Assembly: GCA_963733935.1 (NCBI GenBank)
Contig: CAVTEQ010000018.1
Location: 52,942 to 116,941, forward strand
Source: an uncultured Acidobacteriota bacterium
GTDB lineage: Bacteria; Acidobacteriota; Terriglobia; Terriglobales; Acidobacteriaceae
Direction: 5' to 3'
Length of the DNA: 64,000 nucleotides
The translations under genes and the position numbers were made by a program. Shown here piece after piece: positions 59,557 to 64,000 of the stretch (positions are counted from its first letter, which is position 1; every line of letters starts with the position of its first letter). The notes beneath the pieces were generated by a model. It searched no databases. It was given only the letters and a program-made list of their open reading frames with translations, and was not told where the DNA came from.

Positions 59557-61353
59557 ATGACTTCGGCCACCGTTCCGCCCCAGATTTTGGCTCCTCCGCA
59601 AAAGCAAAGCGTGCGCAAGAATCTGCGCCCGCTCCTTCCCTATCTTGGGAGCCATTGGCGCGGGCTGGCCTTGGGCACTCTCACCGTGCTGCTGGACAAT
59701 GGCACCTGGATCCTCTTCCCCTTAGTGCTGGGTGGGGCAATCAACAGCCTCCACGAGGGCGTCACACAGCAAAAACTGGAAGCCTACGCGGCGCTGCTGG
59801 TCGGTCTCGCCGTGGTGAAGGGTATCTTCCGCTTCCTGACACGCTGGGTGGTAATCGGCATCTCGCGCGATATTGAGTTCGATCTGCGCAACGACCTGTT
59901 TCGCCATCTGGAGAGCCTCTCCTGGTCGTATTACCAGCGCACCCGCACCGGCGACATCATGGCCCGCTCCACCAACGATCTCAATGCGGTGCGCATGTTG
60001 CTGGGGCCGGCCATCATGTACAGCGCCAACACCCTGATCTACACCATCGGCGCGCTCTACTTCATGTTCCGCATCAGCCCCAGCCTGACGGCCTGGGCGT
60101 TTCTTCCGTTGCCGGTGGTGTCTGTAGTAGTGCAGTACTTCGGCAGCAGGATTCATGAGCGCTTCGAGCGCATCCAGGCCATGTTTTCCGATATCTCAGC
60201 GCGCGCGCAGGAGAACTTCTCGGGAGTGCGGGTGGTGCGCGCCTTCGTCCAGGAGGACGCCGAAATCGCGGCCTTCGAGAACGCGAACCGCGAGTACATC
60301 CGCCGCAGCCTGAAGCTGGTACGGCTGATGGGCATGCTGTGGCCCACGCTGGAGACACTGCTGGGCGTCTCGGTAATTCTGGTGCTCTGGCTGGGCGGCC
60401 GGCAGGTGCTGGCTCACAAGATAGACATCGGAAAGTTCGTCGCGTTCAACGCCTATCTCGTGCAGCTTACCTGGCCGATGATTTCCATCGGCTGGGTGCT
60501 GAACCTGTTCCAGCGCGGCAGCGCCTCCATGGGCAGGATCAACGAGATCTTTGCCGAGCAGCCGGAAATCCGCGACCGCGTGCCGCCTGGCGCTCCGCCG
60601 GCCGAGATTCGCGGCGAGATCGAGTTCCGCAACCTTAGCTTCGCGTACAACGGCGTGCCCGTGCTCACCGACATCAGCCTGAAGGTTCCTGCGGGTGCAA
60701 GCCTGGCCGTAGTGGGCGCAACCGGGTCGGGAAAATCCACGCTGGTGAGCCTGATCCCGCGTATCTATGACGCGCCCGAGGGAAGCGTCTTGATCGACGG
60801 CCGTCCCATCACTGACTATCCGCTGGAAACTCTTCGCCGCGCCATCGGCTTCGTGCCGCAGGAGACCTTCCTGTTCAGCGACACCGTGCGCGGGAATATC
60901 GCTCTCGGCACCGAAACCGCGGGCGACGAGGACGTTCGCCGCGCCGCCGAGGCCGCCAGCATCGCCGCCGAGATCGCCGATTTTCCCGAGCAATACCAGA
61001 CGATGGTGGGAGAGCGCGGCATTACGCTCTCCGGCGGGCAAAAGCAGCGGACGGCCATCGCCCGCGCCCTCATCCGCAATCCGCGCATCCTGGTGCTCGA
61101 TGACGCGCTCTCCAGCGTCGATACCTACACCGAGGAAAAGATTCTCAACCATCTGCGTGAGCTGATGCAGGGGCGCACGACCCTCTTCATTTCGCATCGC
61201 GTCTCCACCGTGCGCAACGCCGATCGCATCGCCGTGCTGCACGGCGGGCGCATCGTCGAGCTGGGCACGCACGACGAACTCATCGCCCGCAACGGGTACT
61301 ACACCGACCTCTACAATAAGCAACTGCTCGAGGAAGAGCTCGAGACGGTGTAG
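59557..61353 (+). CDS. ABC transporter permease/ATP-binding protein (MsbA/multidrug-exporter type)
   Basis: Six-helix TMD, then Walker A GATGSGKST, LSGGQKQR and ILVLDDALS. Confidence 0.93.
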   Translation: MTSATVPPQILAPPQKQSVRKNLRPLLPYLGSHWRGLALGTLTVLLDNGTWILFPLVLGGAINSLHEGVTQQKLEAYAALLVGLAVVKGIFRFLTRWVVIGISRDIEFDLRNDLFRHLESLSWSYYQRTRTGDIMARSTNDLNAVRMLLGPAIMYSANTLIYTIGALYFMFRISPSLTAWAFLPLPVVSVVVQYFGSRIHERFERIQAMFSDISARAQENFSGVRVVRAFVQEDAEIAAFENANREYIRRSLKLVRLMGMLWPTLETLLGVSVILVLWLGGRQVLAHKIDIGKFVAFNAYLVQLTWPMISIGWVLNLFQRGSASMGRINEIFAEQPEIRDRVPPGAPPAEIRGEIEFRNLSFAYNGVPVLTDISLKVPAGASLAVVGATGSGKSTLVSLIPRIYDAPEGSVLIDGRPITDYPLETLRRAIGFVPQETFLFSDTVRGNIALGTETAGDEDVRRAAEAASIAAEIADFPEQYQTMVGERGITLSGGQKQRTAIARALIRNPRILVLDDALSSVDTYTEEKILNHLRELMQGRTTLFISHRVSTVRNADRIAVLHGGRIVELGTHDELIARNGYYTDLYNKQLLEEELETV

Positions 61354-61354
61354 G

Positions 61355-61434
61355 AATCGGATCATCGGATGATCGGGTCATCGGGTGATCGCGACACCCC
61401 GTGTTCAATGACCCGATGACCCGATCTCCCGATG
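61355..61434. repeat. Word-hairpin family W3
   Basis: aatcggatcatcggatgatcgggtcatcgggtgatc opposes atgacccgatgacccgatctcccgatg. Confidence 0.85.
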
Positions 61435-62112
61435 AAGAGGACCGTTACTCCCGAGCTTTTCGACAGCGACCGCGGCTCTGCCGCCGAGATCGCCGGTTCG
61501 CTCGCCGATCTGCGCATGTTCAATCGCTGGTTCGGCGGGGTCGCGACCACGTGCCACCTCGTGCGCCAGATCGCTCGCCGCACGGGAGCAAAAGAACTCT
61601 CGCTCCTCGATGTGGGCGGAGCATCCGGGGACGTGCCCCAGCACGTCGCGCGACGGCTCGCGCGTGAGGGCGTGCACGTTGAGTTTGTGGTTATCGACCA
61701 CTCGCCGGCACACCTGAACGGTACAAGGCACGCGGTTGCCGGTGACGCGTTGGCGCTGCCCTTTCGTGACCACAGTTTTGACCTGGTGAGCTCGTCTCTT
61801 TTCGCGCACCATCTTGAACCCGGCGAACTGGTGCGCTTTGTCAATGAGTCGCTGCGCGTGGCGCGGGTGGCGGCGCTGGTCAACGATCTGCGGCGCAGCC
61901 CGGTTCACCTCGCGCTTACCTATGCGGGGTTCGCCTTGTACCGCAGCCGGCTGACACGGCACGATGCTCCCGCCTCGGTGCGGCGGGCTTACACGCCCAA
62001 AGAAATGCTCGAATGGATGCAGGCGACGAGCGCGGCCCTGGTCGAGATGTCCAACCATTACTTGTGCCGCATGGGAGCGATCGCGTGGAAAGCGCAATCC
62101 CTCAGGGGCTGA
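61432..62112 (+). CDS. Class I SAM-dependent methyltransferase
   Basis: LLDVGGASGD motif I, ...LALPFRDHSFDLVSSSLFAHHL. Confidence 0.8.
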   Translation: MKRTVTPELFDSDRGSAAEIAGSLADLRMFNRWFGGVATTCHLVRQIARRTGAKELSLLDVGGASGDVPQHVARRLAREGVHVEFVVIDHSPAHLNGTRHAVAGDALALPFRDHSFDLVSSSLFAHHLEPGELVRFVNESLRVARVAALVNDLRRSPVHLALTYAGFALYRSRLTRHDAPASVRRAYTPKEMLEWMQATSAALVEMSNHYLCRMGAIAWKAQSLRG

Positions 62113-62231
62113 AAGCCCAGAAAACATAGCCTGCTTTAATGCAGGCCTGAAGGCCTGCTCCACCATCAGTGGACAAATGCAGCTTCGGCGCAGCTGAGAC
62201 GTAGATCCAATCACCCGATGACCCGATCTCC
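62105..62231. repeat. Cluster of mini-hairpins (family K unit, GCCTGC hairpins) plus a single W3 arm
   Basis: ggggctgaaagccc (62105-62118), gcctgc-tttaat-gcaggc, gcaggcc-tgaa-ggcctgc, and atcacccgatgacccgatctcc (62210-62231). Confidence 0.7.
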
Positions 62232-62278
62232 ACGTTGACTCCGGCTCCCCCGCCGCCCTACTATTGCGCCCACACTCC

Positions 62279-64000
62279 ATGGGTGATGACTCCTTAATCG
62301 GACGCACGCTTTCCCACTATCGCATCCTCGGCAGGCTGGGCGGCGGAGGCATGGGCGTGGTGTACAAGGCCGAGGACACCAAGCTCGGCCGCATGGTGGC
62401 GCTCAAGTTTCTGCCTGAGGAAGTGGCCCGCGATCAGCAGGCGCTGGCCCGCTTCCAGCGCGAGGCGCGCGCTGCCTCGGCGCTCAACCATCCGCATATC
62501 TGCACTATCTACGAAGTCGGCGAGGACCAGGGCGAGAGCTTCATCGCCATGGAGTTCCTGGAAGGCGAAACCCTCAAGCACCGCATCGAGGGCAAGCCGC
62601 TCAAGCTGGAGGCGATCCTCGATCTCGGTATCCAGATCGCCGACGCGCTCGACGCGGCGCACTCCAAGGGCATCGTCCATCGCGACATCAAGCCCGCCAA
62701 CATCTTTGTGAACCCGCGCGGCCAGGCCAAGGTGCTGGATTTCGGGCTGGCCAAGCTGGTCTCCGAGCGCCAGCACCTGGCGGCGGGAGTCTCGGCTGCG
62801 CCCACCGCCTTCACCCAGAACCTCACCAGCCCGGGCTCCGCCGTGGGCACCATTGCCTACATGTCGCCAGAGCAAGCGCGCGGAGAAGAGCTGGACGCGC
62901 GCAGTGATCTGTTCTCTCTCGGCGTCGTGCTCTACGAGATGGCCACCGGCAAGCCGGCGTTCGCCGGGACCACCTCCGCCGTTATCTTCCACGCGATTCT
63001 GGAGAAGAATCCGCCCGCGATGCGCTCGCTCAATCCCAGCCTGCCGCCCAAGCTGGAAGAGATCGTCGGCAAGCTGCTCGATAAAGACCTGGAGATGCGT
63101 TACCAGACGGCCGCCGAGCTGCGCGCCGATCTGAAACGGCTGAAGCGGGAGAGCGACTCGTCGCGAACCGCGGCGGCTTCGGCGGTGGTCGCGGCTGAAT
63201 CCGGCAGCGTCGCAGCCCTGCCCGCGCCGGTTGTCCGGCCCAAGGCGGCCATTGGCCGTTGGGCGCTGGTGGCGGCCGCTGTGGTCGCGCTGGCGCTGGT
63301 TGCGGCCGCGTTCGTGTTGGGACGCCGCTCGGCGGAGACCACCCCACCGCTCTACCACCTGCTCACCTACCGGCGCGGCACCATCCGCATGGCGCGCTTC
63401 GCGCCCGACGGCCAGACCATCGTCTACAGCGCCGCCTGGGAAGGAAAGCCCACGGACGTCTTCACCACCCGCGTAGGCAGCCCGGAATCGCGCTCCCTGG
63501 GCGTGCCGAATGCGGAGATCCTGGCGGTCTCTTCGACCGGTGAGCTGGCCCTGGCGCTCGACAGCCGCCAGGTCAAGAACATGACCTTTGTCGGGACGCT
63601 GGCCCGCATGCCGCTGGTAGGCGGAGCCCCGCGCCAGGTGCTGGAAGGCGTGCACTGGGCCGACTGGTCGCCCGACGGCAGTCAGATCGCCGTGGTGCGC
63701 AACATCGGCGGCAAGGACCGGCTCGAGTTTCCCATCGGCAAGGTGCTCTACGAGACCAGCGGCTGGATCAGCCATCCGCGCATATCGCCCAAGGGCGATC
63801 TGATCGGCTTCATCGACCACGCGGTGCAGGGCGACAGCATCGGCTCGGTTGCGGTGGTCGATCTCAACGGAAACAAGAAGAACCTGACTGCGGAAGCTCC
63901 CGGCGGCGCCATGGGTCTGGCGTGGTCTCCCTCAGGCGACGAAGTCTGGTACACGGCAGCGACGGTGGGCATCGACCGCGCAATCTACGGCGTCACTACC
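62279..64000 (+). CDS. Ser/Thr protein kinase with a TM helix and TolB-like beta-propeller region (3' partial; absent from the ORF track because it has no stop in the window)
   Basis: Hand translation from ATG 62279: MGDDSLIGRTLSHYRILGRLGGGGMGVVYKAED...VALKFL...HRDIKPANIF...DFGLAK...GTIAYMSPEQ. TM helix WALVAAAVVALALVAAAFVL, then WSPDG repeats. Confidence 0.9.
   Translation, partial: MGDDSLIGRTLSHYRILGRLGGGGMGVVYKAEDTKLGRMVALKFLPEEVARDQQALARFQREARAASALNHPHICTIYEVGEDQGESFIAMEFLEGETLKHRIEGKPLKLEAILDLGIQIADALDAAHSKGIVHRDIKPANIFVNPRGQAKVLDFGLAKLVSERQHLAAGVSAAPTAFTQNLTSPGSAVGTIAYMSPEQARGEELDARSDLFSLGVVLYEMATGKPAFAGTTSAVIFHAILEKNPPAMRSLNPSLPPKLEEIVGKLLDKDLEMRYQTAAELRADLKRLKRESDSSRTAAASAVVAAESGSVAALPAPVVRPKAAIGRWALVAAAVVALALVAAAFVLGRRSAETTPPLYHLLTYRRGTIRMARFAPDGQTIVYSAAWEGKPTDVFTTRVGSPESRSLGVPNAEILAVSSTGELALALDSRQVKNMTFVGTLARMPLVGGAPRQVLEGVHWADWSPDGSQIAVVRNIGGKDRLEFPIGKVLYETSGWISHPRISPKGDLIGFIDHAVQGDSIGSVAVVDLNGNKKNLTAEAPGGAMGLAWSPSGDEVWYTAATVGIDRAIYGVTT

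Noticed and set aside
62294-63820. 508-aa minus-strand ORF, the only long ORF listed for the last 1.7 kb.
   Set aside because: It is a shadow of the plus-strand Ser/Thr kinase (62279 to the window end). The kinase has textbook motifs but is missing from the track because it has no stop codon inside the window.

Overview
This is a high-GC (roughly 63-65% by eye) bacterial chromosomal segment. Gene content and repeat style suggest Acidobacteriota/Terriglobia, but that is an inference, not a search result. Nearly all of it is housekeeping: a CoxM-like flavoprotein, enolase, gpmI, glgC, a methylmalonyl-CoA-mutase-family catalytic subunit, the glycine cleavage operon (gcvT-gcvH-gcvPA-gcvPB), a beta-oxidation operon (acyl-CoA dehydrogenase, thiolase, 3-hydroxyacyl-CoA dehydrogenase/enoyl-CoA hydratase), lgt, zapB-like/zapA, pheST, infC-rpmI-rplT, mtaB, rpsU, a large TonB-dependent receptor, mobA, pilD, an LptF/LptG permease, an ABC exporter and a Ser/Thr kinase that runs off the 3' edge. 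I found no rRNA, tRNA, CRISPR array or transposase. The points I consider worth a second look are: (1) A peroxiredoxin-like gene (2950-3456, minus) has an in-frame TGA exactly at the first Cys of its WCxxC redox motif, followed by a SECIS-like hairpin, so it is a candidate selenoprotein. (2) About 25 intergenic imperfect hairpins share one architecture, with arms built from 3-4 tandem copies of a 7-8 nt word, but the word differs between loci. (3) A hicAB cassette sits inside one such hairpin, bounded by a 30-bp direct duplication of one arm. (4) A short repeat is inserted in frame inside mtaB. (5) A structured roughly 170-190 nt RNA lies downstream of zapA and is a 6S RNA candidate. (6) A 53-codon Cys-rich ORF falls below the ORF-track cutoff. 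(7) A low-GC islet (9.1-10.5 kb) holds three orphan genes and a shared palindrome. (8) LptF and LptG appear fused into one gene. (9) Twelve frame disruptions affect mostly essential genes, and 11 of the 12 are +1 insertions, which most likely reflects assembly error. No recognisable multi-gene defence or mobile system is visible. All functional calls come from reading the translated ORFs by eye; no searches were run.
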